Positions 49,401 to 61,400 of a stretch of 64,000 nucleotides of DNA are shown piece after piece. The position numbers were made by a program, and so were the translations under genes. The DNA comes from Macrostomum lignano (Eukaryota): positions 237,427 to 301,426 of the forward strand of contig NIVC01000276.1 in NCBI GenBank assembly GCA_002269645.1, given 5' to 3'. How positions within the stretch are numbered: position 1 is the first letter of the stretch; each line of letters begins with the position of its first letter. The notes below the pieces were generated by a model, which saw only the letters and a program-made list of their open reading frames with translations, was not told the DNA's origin and ran no database searches.

Positions 49401-52400
49401 AGATTTAAATAAGGAGTGCTCAGATTTAAATAGGGAGTGCTCAGATTTAAATAGGGAGTGCTCAGATTTAAATAGAGAGTGCTCAGATTTAAATAGGGAG
49501 TGCTCAGATTTAAATAGAGAGTGCTCAGATTTAAATAAGGAGTGCTCAGATTTAAATAGAGAGTGCTCAGATTTAAATAGAGAGTGCTCAGATTTAAATA
49601 GGGAGTGCTCAGATTTAAATAGGGAGTGCTTAGATTTAAATAGGGAGTGCTCAGATTTAAATAGGGAGTGCTCAGATTTAAATAGAGAGTGCTCAGATTT
49701 AAATAAGGAGTGCTCAGATTTAAATAAGGAGTGCTCAGATTTAAATAAGGAGTGCTCAGATTTAAATACGGAGTGCTCAGATTTAAATAGGGAGTGCTCA
49801 GATTTAAATAGGGAGTGCTCAGATTTAAATAGGGAGTGCTCAGATTTAAATAGGGAGTGCTCAGATTTAAATAGGGAGTGCTCAGATTTAAATAGAGAGT
49901 GCTCAGATTTAAATAGAGAGTGCTCAGATTTAAATAGGGAGTGCTCAGATTTAAATAAGGAGTGCTTTAGAGATGTTCCGAAAGTGCATTTTCTGCCGAA
50001 ATCAAAATCGAACTCGAAATCTGCCACTTTCCAAACTCAAAATCATAATTTTCTGACATCGAAATTCTGAAAAAAATTATTACGACCAACATTCACTTTT
50101 AAATGTCGTCTACTGCATGCTACATGTAAATGGTAACTATGTGAAGAAATTCCAACAATAATTACTGCCCTGACTCAGGTTCTGTGCAGGGCATGTTCTC
50201 TTGCTCTCTTGCGGCTTCTTTACATGTATTTATCTGTACCCGTATCACTGAATGGCAATTCGTGTAGACCGTGTCTTTGCATCGAATTCCAGTTTAGAAA
50301 AAATAGAACGATGTGACAGTTTAATTATTAAAATAGATACTCTATGATTTTTTTTCTCCATCAATAAATCAGAGCGATGGTGGCTGACGACATACCGCAG
50401 GCTCTGATGAACTTGCTGAGCTGCTGGATGCAGGTGTGTCTGACCCTGGCCAGCCGCGACCGGCGCCTCATCTGTGGGTTCCGCAAAGTGCTGGATCGGC
50501 TCGGAAAAGAGTGAGTTTCCCAGATCCCGATCCCAGATCCCGATCCCAGATCCCGATCCCAGATCCCGATCCCAGATCCCGATCCCAGATCCCGATCCCA
50601 GATCCCGATCCCAGATCCCGATCCCAGATCCCGATCCCAGATCCCGATCCCAGATCCCGATCCCAGATCCCGATCCCAGATCCCGATCCCAGATCCCGAT
50701 CCCAGATCCCGATCCCAGATCCCGATCCCAGATCCCGATCCCAGATCCCGATCCCAGATCCCGATCCCAGATCCCGATCCCAGATCCCGATCCCAGATCC
50801 CGATCCCAGATCCCGATCCCAGATCCCGATCCCAGATCCCGATCCCAGATCCCGATCCCAGATCCCGATCCCAGATCCCGATCCCAGATCCCGATCCCAG
50901 ATCCCGATCCCAGATCCCGATCCCAGATCCCGATCCCAGATCCCGATCCCAGATCCCGATCCCAGATCCCGATCCCAGATCCCGATCCCAGATCCCGATC
51001 CCAGATCCCGATCCCAGATCCCGATCCCAGATCCCGATCCCAGATCCCGATCCCAGATCCCGATCCCAGATCCCGATCCCAGATCCCGATCCCAGATCCC
51101 GATCCCAGATCCCGATCCCAGATCCCGATCCCAGATCCCGATCCCAGATCCCGATCCCAGATCCCGATCCCAGATCCCGATCCCAGATCCCGATCCCAGA
51201 TCCCGATCCCAGATCCCGATCCCAGATCCCGATCCCAGATCCCGATCCCAGATCCCGATCCCAGATCCCGATCCCAGATCCCGATCCCAGATCCCGATCC
51301 CAGATCCCGATCCCAGATCCCGATCCCAGATCCCGATCCCAGATCCCGATCCCAGATCCCGATCCCAGATCCCGATCCCAGATCCCGATCCCAGATCCCG
51401 ATCCCAGATCCCGATCCCAGATCCCGATCCCAGATCCCGATCCCAGATCCCGATCCCAGATCCCGATCCCAGATCCCGATCCCAGATCCCGATCCCAGAG
51501 CGTAAAACATTCTCACCTGCTTTTCGCTGTTCACTTTCAGCAATATTTTATTTTGCATTCTACCGGAAAGTCTCTGGTCGGACAAAACCCACACGGGTAT
51601 GCTTGCCCTGACCCTGGCTTCCTGTCACCAAAGCGGAGTTCGAATGATCAAGGTGAGCGAGACTGGGGCTCACTTGTACTTCATATGAGGGTCGTCCACT
51701 CTAAGTCTAGAATGGACACCTAATTAACCCAGCCAAGGACACCCAAACAATAGCAGCCAAGGACACCCAATCAAAGCAGCCATAGACGCCCAATCAAAGC
51801 AGCTAAGGACACCCAATAAAAGCAACCAGGGACATTTAAAAAAAGCAGTCAAAACACCCAATCAAAGCAGCCATAGACACCCAATCAAAGCAGCCAAGGA
51901 CACCCAATCAAAGCAGTCATAGACACCCAATCAAAGCAGCCATAGACACCCCATCAAAGCAGTCATAGATGAGTAGAAGGCATGAGGGGGCTTTTGGGAC
52001 AAAATTTTTCACATCCTCCATAATCCCATTAAATCCATCCATATTATCCCTGACAGAATCAGAAAAAAAGGGGGGTCGCACTCGCTCACAAAACATCCTC
52101 CATAATCCACCTAAATCCATCCATATTATCCCTGACAGAATCAGAAAAAAAGGGGGGTCGCACTCGCTCACAAAACGTCCTCCATAATCCACCTAAATCC
52201 ATCCATATTATCCCTGACAGAATCATGAAAAAGGGGAGGGGCCGCACTTGCTCCGAAAACTTCGAACATAATCCTATTAAATCCATCCATATTATCCCTG
52301 ACAGAATCAGAGCAGGTGTCCACTGATACCCGTTATGCTCACTGACACAGACATCATCCACTGACATCCACCCATAGCATCTTCGAAACAATCAGAAAAT

Positions 52401-55400
52401 AATCTGCATTCTTATCCCCACATTCAATTCGCAACATGAAACCAGATCCCTAAAACTTTAAATCATCAGCGCAGGGTCCTTACCCTTTGAAAAAAAGTAA
52501 TAAATTCTCAATAAAAATGTTTCCAGTTGTCTCTCCAGGTTCTTATTACAAAGCGCACGAGCCTAATTACAAGAGTAAGTACCGATGCAAACTTGAATGC
52601 AGCGAATACATGAGAAAATATTGGCCCGACGTTCAAATCAATGTCCCTAATATTAATCTAGCTCTCCAAAGACATTGGTTTCATAAGTATGGAGTAACCT
52701 ATGTAAAAGATTATGACAGCTACTATAACTTTGCAGAAATCATTAGGCAATTGTGATTTCTCACATTCTCTCAATGATTAACGTCAATACAAACTCTTCC
52801 CCATTAAAATCAACGCCCATCCCATCTTCAGTCTCAAACTGTAGCACAATCTCGTGAATCTCCTTATTACTCAATACAACTCTTTTCACTGGATTTGGTT
52901 TCTCTACCACCATCTGTCCTCCAGCTACAGAGTTGGAGATGTTGTACAAAATATTCGTTCGCTTTCCCTTAAATACCCAATCAAGACTGAGATTAGTTCT
53001 GATTAGAATATTCAAACCCTTTACAATGTCTGCTATATTGGGTGCTAAGAACAAACCGCGTACACTTTCCCGGGCCATGATAACAGCCCCCGTCGCTTGA
53101 GTGACAGTCCGCGCTGTGGATTCTGCCTTATAAACTTTCTTCACGAATCCCAATTCCCTATACCAAGTGTCATCTTTAAACTCAACCTCCGCATCTTTGT
53201 GAACTTGCATGACCACTCTCATTACAGTGAGATCATAGGTTAGTTTAACAGGGAACAGTTTCTTCTCTGGCTTACTCATATCAGGTGTCTCAAAATGGCC
53301 TCTTTTAGTAAAGACGTTTTCTAGAAAGTAATTGTAGGTATCCACACTTTGCGTGCTCACAGGGAATACCACAGGTTCTGCTGCTGCACCTTTCCATTTG
53401 TAATAAAACTTATTATTTGCTGCCGTCACATTGGGAACGTTTGACCAACCAGTGAAGTCGTTAAGATAGACATGGTAATTAGCACCTGGATCCAGGCGAA
53501 TCGCCTGCTCTAATTTTTGAATAAATATCCCGTTTGAGTCATTAATTCGCCCAGTTATTGTAATAGGAATGCTCTCCTTGGAGTGCGAAATAATATTATT
53601 TAGTCTTTCAGCAATCGCTTCCATTTTTTTCACATAAAAAAATATTTAAACTTTACTGGATGAATTGTTGATCATGTTAAGCTTCACCTTCCTCTCAAAT
53701 GCATAGATAATGTACAAGTCCACAGGTGTTGCGACAGTCCTCTCAATGTTAGTCACGATATTCACAGGGCTGTTATCAGTAGGCATTTGTCTGGCAGACA
53801 CATCAGCGCCAAACATTGGATATAGAGTTCCATATTGAAGAGCAGTGATAGCAATTCCATTGTTCTCTTTCACAGCCAAGTCGACCAACTCGCTATAAAA
53901 TTTGCTAATCTTGTTCTGACTGAAATCTCCATTTTGTGGCAGTGCAGGGTAAAGATTATCACTGATTTCATGCTGAATGGACCGCACGTCACCATGCATG
54001 TAGCGTATAATGCTATTTGGGTTTCTCATATTAATAATGATATACCTTGGATTGCTGCATGATCCCTCTTTAATGCAGATGTTTGTTCTAGTTTTGTTTC
54101 GCTCATCTCGACACATGTAGGCTGTGTATGCAACATCAATGTCCTTCTCTATTGCCTTAAGATAGTCTGCTTTTAGTGCAGTCTTTGGCTCAATGACTTC
54201 CAAATACAGCTCGATTCCGGTTAGCTTCACCTCCATCCTTGTGTGGTCCGCCCCAGTCCACAACACTCTACTGCGATCATCTCTAGTCATCTTAAAAGTG
54301 TAGCTAAAGTTACTAGTCAGTCGATTAAATGTACTACAAAATCCACTCATGAATCTCAGTGGTACAAATACATCAACAGACCGATACAGCGGGTTTTTAG
54401 CAGCATCATCAGCACCTTGCAATGCATAGTTGTATCTCTTCTTCCTCTTTTTATAGCCACTGTCATTGGTGTCTCCTTCTTTTTCATCTGCGATAAAACC
54501 CGCACCACTTCCCAACTGAATAAAATCAGGATTCTCGATCAAACAATGAGCGTCATAGACAATTCCAAAGTTGGCGATTCGCTCCAACTCAGTGCTCCCA
54601 TTCGATACACTAAACTCCTTGAACATGTACGCCCAAAAGTTACTGATCAGAGCCACATCCGCATCATGCTTGTCAACGTTAGCACGAGCCGCATCCGCAC
54701 CACCCTTTGTCTTGAATTGAAATGTCATATGGAAGCCGCTCTTAAGACTGTGCACACTAACCAAAGACGAACATCCATTGTATGTAAATGTCAGTGTTTG
54801 GCCAGGACCAAGATTAGTTTCATTCTGATTTTCCTGACTGGGAACTCTTACCTGAGTCACTTTGATTGTGCTATCATCACTCAAAATAGGCTTGTTAATT
54901 TTGTAGAAAACTGGTGTCAGTGGGTCGTTCATTTTTTAACTAAAAATAAAATAAAATAAGAAATGAAGCGAAAAAGTACACAGCAGATATCTGAATTGGA
55001 GAAGCTAGCACAAGCAGAGAAACGAGTTACCGGGCTAATAAATAAGGAGCAACAATCCTACAATGAGTTTGTCCAAGCAGCCACCGAATTTCACAAACCC
55101 GGATACACAGAAGCGAAGAAAAACCTCGACACTGTGAAGGAAGCAGTTGATGATATTCAAGAGAGCCACTTGCAAAACACATTGGGTAAAATCCCATCTT
55201 CACCAGGACAACCACAGGCTCAGGAACCAGGACAACCGGTGCAGATGAAAGTGACGGATAACTTTTTTGGCCCCGTAGTGGATGATGGAAAATATATTTT
55301 TGGAATTAGCGCCTGGCGAAAAAATATTACCGGGGAACCGGCGGATTACAACATTGAAGTGACAAAGGAAAACATTTCAATCAATAAAGGCGCAAAAACT

Positions 55401-58400
55401 AAAAGAATCCAGTTCACTCAAACTTTACTTGATTACATGACTAAAAATCTAGAGAATACGTCTAAAAAGCAGCTCAAAAATTACAAAGATCTTGTTACCT
55501 TTGCTCTCGATAGGGATATAGATATGCTCAAGAACAACGGTGTTTTGAAAATTTTACATGAAAACGGGATTGTCTTGAACAGATTTAAAAAAAATACAAA
55601 TACTTTAAACAATGGTTTGGTTTGCCGGATCAGGAAGAGGTCATAAGACAACAACCACAACAACAACAGCAACAACAGCAACCGCCACAACAGCAGCAAC
55701 ATTTCACAGAAGAACAAGTACTCAGGCAACTGGAAAATGCAGATCCGACTCAAGTAGCTAAATATAATAATGATCACCCAACAGACTGGCAACACTTAGA
55801 ACAACACTCTCCAGATCGAATGAACAGAATCAAGCAAAGAGTTTTCACACCTCAACAAAGACAGGCGCCACATGACAGTTCCATCTCTGAAAGTGAGCAG
55901 TCTTTTGGATCACCTCCCCAGCAGCCACAAGCCCAACCAACTCCACAACCCCAAGACCAACCACCCAAATCTGGAAAAGGAATAGCTGAAATCTACAAGC
56001 GAGTAGCGGTTCTTCTAGGAGCGGCAAAGACCGGAATGAAAGACGAGAATAGAAAAGAATTTGTCAACATCCTGGACAAAATGCTTGAGAGAAAATACAT
56101 CGATAAGAGGGCGAGAGAGCTTCTGCTTTCGCGGTTCAACAAAAAATAATTTATTTCAAGTAAAAATGCCACTTATTTTCGAAAAAGACATTGACAAATA
56201 CTATGACAAAGAGGAACTTAATCTTATTAAACGCGGATCTGGACTTTTCCCTGCAGGCCACTATCCAAGAAAAGAGCGCTCCGGGAATGGCCTTGCCGAT
56301 TTGATCGCTCAGGGGGCTAAGATTTTTAAGGTCATTGGAGAGAACAAAGAGAACATCAAGAACGTTGCCGAAGCGGCTGGCAGTGTAGCCACAGCAGCCA
56401 AAAAGATAAAGGATACTGTAACACCTAAACAAGAGATTCAACCTCCACTGGCCCCGCTGGCTCCGCTGGCCCCAAATCCAGACAGTGTGGACCCTGCAGT
56501 CTATGAGAAGATGAGAGCTAGCATTAAAAAAGGAAGTGGTTTCAAATTTGACTAAAGGGTACTTTCCGAGGGTACAAGAAATGTAAAGGTACAAGACTAG
56601 TCCCAAAATGACATACCTAAGTCCCAAAATGACACATCTAAGTCCCAAAATAACACATCTAAGTCCCAAAATGACACATCTAAGTCCCAAAATGACACAT
56701 CTAAGTCCCAAAATGACACATCTTCTAAATGTTTTATTATTAAAAAAAAATTTTTTTTCATCATAGAAAAAATGGACTTTTCAAAGGACTTCAATCCTCA
56801 CTGGACGCGTAATCAGATTAAGTTTTCTCATCATGAGTCAATCCCGAGTCACTTCAGATGCATTGTTGTTGGTTCATCAGGTTCAGGTAAAACATTCAGA
56901 GTCTTTAACATGCTTCTTAGACCTGGCTTCATCGACTATGACACTCTGCACATCTACTCTCCCACACTGTATCAAGATGAGTATAGAATGCTGATTTCTG
57001 GATTGCAAAACAAACTGAACAAAGAGGACATTATTCAATGTTTTAATAACCAAATGAGCCTTCCCAGTAACCCAGAAATTGTAGCTGCCGAATATGCAAA
57101 GCACCTCAAAGACAATGAAAAATGGCAGAACATTAAAGTGTTCTCCTATGGAGATCCGCAGGTGGATCCAAAGACCAAACTTCTACCCCATCCAGATGAG
57201 CTAGAAAAAGGGAGAAAGCATTTGATCGTCTTTGATGATTGTATGACAGGCCCACAGAAGCAGATAGAAAACTATTTTACAAGAGGGCGACATAACAATT
57301 GTAATGTAATTTACATTGCACAGAACTGGTTCGAGCTCCCGAACAAAACAATTTGCGGGAACTGCAATCTGATTCTCCTGTTTCCAACCATTCCACAGGA
57401 CAGGTTAAAAAGATTTTACAATGAGTTCATTGCGCCTGCCTATTTCATAAATCCAACAAAAAACTCAAACAGAAAGATTTCACAGGAGGAATTCGTTAAT
57501 CTTTGCTATGACAAGTGGAATCAGCCTTACCAGTTTGAGATTATCAGCAAAGAAAAAAGAACTGTAATTTAAAATTTGCTATTAAAAGATGTCTATTAAT
57601 TTTGCAGGTGAATCCATTTCTGGCAACAGCGCTCTTACATCAGCTCAAATATCCATCCTTGACAGGCGATATATCAACAGCGACGAAGAGATCCCAGAGA
57701 TCAAACTGAATAAAAACAGACTGAAAGCCCTACTAGAGCGCTCCATGCACCAGCTACAGATAAACATGGAAGATCTCAGGCTTAAAGTAGCTAGGCAGAA
57801 GTTTGAAAGTGATGAGCTTTTTGTGCCGTTGTCAAACGCAACTAATGAACTAAGGTCAGAAATAACTTCGATAGTCTCGCTAATCAACGGCTTGAGATCA
57901 TCAGTTAATCTTCTGGGAAATTCCACTGATAGACGGATGCGTATTCTTGAAGGAGGAGTTTTCACAAACACAGCTAAAGTAAATAATTTAGAAGAGTTCA
58001 TGAACCAGTCAACAGTGTTGCATGATAGAATTAAAGAAAACGTCGCAACCAACACAGGTAAAGTGAGGAATTTAGAAGAGTTCATGACTCAGTCAACATC
58101 GTTGCATGATAGAATTAAAGAAAGACTTGATGCAATTAAAGTCTATTTAGATTTAATTTTTACCGAATGGCAGAAATCGTTGAGAAGAATCAGTCGTCTT
58201 GAGGGAGTACACAATCTTCCTGATATTGATACTGTTGAAGAGGCACCACAGACCACAAGGGAAATAAGTGATCCAACCGACTTGACCACTGACCACGAAT
58301 TTCGTGAGCCAACCAGTTTGACCACTAACCCAAAATTTCGTGAGCCAACCGGTTTGTTTGAGATCAAGTGTAGAATGGAGCGCATAGACAAATAAATAGG

Positions 58401-61400
58401 TAGATTCGAAGAGACCTGCTGGCGCCAACTGCAGACGAAACAATCAAACGTAAAACAAATCTAACCACCACCAAAGAGTTGTCAATTTTGGGACTTAGAT
58501 GTGTCATTTTGGGACTTAGATGTGTCATTTTGGGACTTAGATGTGTTATTTTGGGACTTAGATGTGTCATTTTGGGACTTAGGTATGTCATTTTGGGACT
58601 AGTCTTGTACCTTTACATTTCTTGTACCCTCGGAAAGTACCCTTTAGTCAAATTTGAAACCACTTCCTTTTTTAATGCTAGCTCTCATCTTCTCATAGAC
58701 TGCAGGGTCCACAATGTCTGGATTTGGGGCCAGCGGAGCCAGCGGGGCCAGTGGAGGTTGAATCTCTTGTTTAGGTGTTACAGTATCCTTTATCTTTTTG
58801 GCTGCTGTGGCTACACTGCCAGCCGCTTCGGCAACGTTCTTGATGTTCTCTTTGTTCTCTCCAATGACCTTAAAAATCTTAGCCCCTGAGCGATCAAATC
58901 GGCAAGGCCATTCCCGGAGCGCTCTTTTCTTGGATAGTGGCCTGCAGGGAAAAGTCCAGATCCGCGTTTAATAAGATTAAGTTCCTCTTTGTCATAGTAT
59001 TTGTCAATGTCTTTTTCGAAAATAAGTGGCATTTTTACTTGAAATAAGTTATTTTTTGTTGAACCGCGAAAGCAGAAGCTCTCTCGCCCTCTTATCGATG
59101 TATTTTCTCTCAAGCATTTTGTCCAGGATGTTGACAAATTCTTTTCTATTCTCGTCTTTCATTCCGGTCTTTGCCGCTCCTAGAAGAACCGCTACTCGCT
59201 TGTAGATTTCAGCTATTCCTTTTCCAGATTTGGGTGGTTGGTCTTGGGGTTGTGGAGTTGGTTGGGCTTGTGGCTGCTGGGGAGGTGATCCAAAAGACTG
59301 CTCACTTTCAGAGATGGAACTGTCATGTGGCGCCTGTCTTTGTTGAGGTGTGAAAACTCTTTGCTTGATTCTGTTCATTCGATCTGGAGAGTGTTGTTCT
59401 AAGTGTTGCCAGTCTGTTGGGTGATCATTATTATATTTAGCTACTTGAGTCGGATCTGCATTTTCCAGTTGCCTGAGTACTTGTTCTTCTGTGAAATGTT
59501 GCTGCTGTTGTGGCGGTTGCTGTTGTTGCTGTTGTTGTTGTGGTTGTTGTCTTATGACCTCTTCCTGATCCGGCAAACCAAACCATTGTTTAAAGTATTT
59601 GTATTTTTTTTAAATCTGTTCAAGACAATCCCGTTTTCATGTAAAATTTTCAAAACACCGTTGTTCTTGAGCATATCTATATCCCTATCGAGAGCAAAGG
59701 TAACAAGATCTTTGTAATTTTTGAGCTGCTTTTTAGACGTATTCTCTAGATTTTTAGTCATGTAATCAAGTAAAGTTTGAGTGAACTGGATTCTTTTAGT
59801 TTTTGCGCCTTTATTGATTGAAATGTTTTCCTTTGTCACTTCAATGTTGTAATCCGCCGGTTCCCGGTAATATTTTTTCGCCAGGCGCTAATTCCAAAAA
59901 TATATTTTCCATCATCCACTACGGGGCCAAAAAAGTTATCCGTCACTTTCATCTGCACCGGTTGTCCTGGTTCCTGAGCCTGTGGTTGTCCTGGTGAAGA
60001 TGGGATTTTACCCAATGTGTTTTGCAAGTGGCTCTCTTGAATATCATCAACTGCTTCCTTCACAGTGTCGAGGTTTTTCTTCGCTTCTGTGTATCCGGGT
60101 TTGTGAAATTCGGTGGCTGCTTGGACAAACTCATTGTAGGATTGTTGCTCCTTATTTATTAGCCCGGTAACTCGTTTCTCTGCTTGTGCTAGCTTCTCCA
60201 ATTCAGATATCTGCTGTGTACTTTTTCGCTTCATTTCTTATTTTATTTTATTTTTAGTTAAAAAATGAACGACCCACTGACACCAGTTTTCTACAAAATT
60301 AACAAGCCTATTTTGAGTGATGATAGCACAATCAAAGTGACTCAGGTAAGAGTTCCCAGTCAGGAAAATCAGAATGAAACTAATCTTGGTCCTGGCCAAA
60401 CACTGACATTTACATACAATGGATGTTCGTCTTTGGTTAGTGTGCACAGTCTTAAGAGCGGCTTCCATATGACATTTCAATTCAAGACAAAGGGTGGTGC
60501 GGATGCGGCTCGTGCTAACGTTGACAAGCATGATGCGGATGTGGCTCTGATCAGTAACTTTTGGGCGTACATGTTCAAGGAGTTTAGTGTATCGAATGGG
60601 AGCACTGAGTTGGAGCGAATCGCCAACTTTGGAATTGTCTATGACGCTCATTGTTTGATCGAGAATCCTGATTTTATTCAGTTGGGAAGTGGTGCGGGTT
60701 TTATCGCAGATGAAAAAGAAGGAGACACCAATGACAGTGGCTATAAAAAGAGGAAGAAGAGATACAACTATGCATTGCAAGGTGCTGATGATGCTGCTAA
60801 AAACCCGCTGTATCGGTCTGTTGATGTATTTGTACCACTGAGATTCATGAGTGGATTTTGTAGTACATTTAATCGACTGACTAGTAACTTTAGCTACACT
60901 TTTAAGATGACTAGAGATGATCGCAGTAGAGTGTTGTGGACTGGGGCGGACCACACAAGGATGGAGGTGAAGCTAACCGGAATCGAGCTGTATTTGGAAG
61001 TCATTGAGCCAAAGACTGCACTAAAAGCAGACTATCTTAAGGCAATAGAGAAGGACATTGATGTTGCATACACAGCCTACATGTGTCTAGATGAGCGAAA
61101 CGAAACTAGAACAAACATCTGCATTAAAGAGGGATCATGCAGCAATCCAAGGTATATCATTATTAATATGAGAAACCCAAATAGCATTATACGCTACATG
61201 CATGGTGACGTGCGGTCCATTCAGCATGAAATCAGTGATAATCTTTACCCTGCACTGCCACAAAATGGAGATTTCAGTCAGAACAAGATTAGCAAATTTT
61301 ATAGCGAGTTGGTCGACTTGGCTGTGAAAGAGAACAATGGAATTGCTATCACTGCTCTTCAATATGGAACTCTATATCCAATGTTTGGCGCTGATGTGTC

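Noticed and set aside
47154-50027. 957-aa ORF of SEHSLFK repeats
   Set aside because: A stop-free frame of a 21-bp satellite, antisense within a host intron
50245-51611. PDPDPRSRSQIPI and GSGSGIGIWDRDL repeat ORFs
   Set aside because: A 13-bp repeat that is open in several frames; it lies between a donor and an acceptor
56151-56794. ILGLRCV and VSFWDLD repeat ORFs (also 58364-58889)
   Set aside because: Frames through the 21-bp repeat array, antisense to or overlapping better-supported element genes
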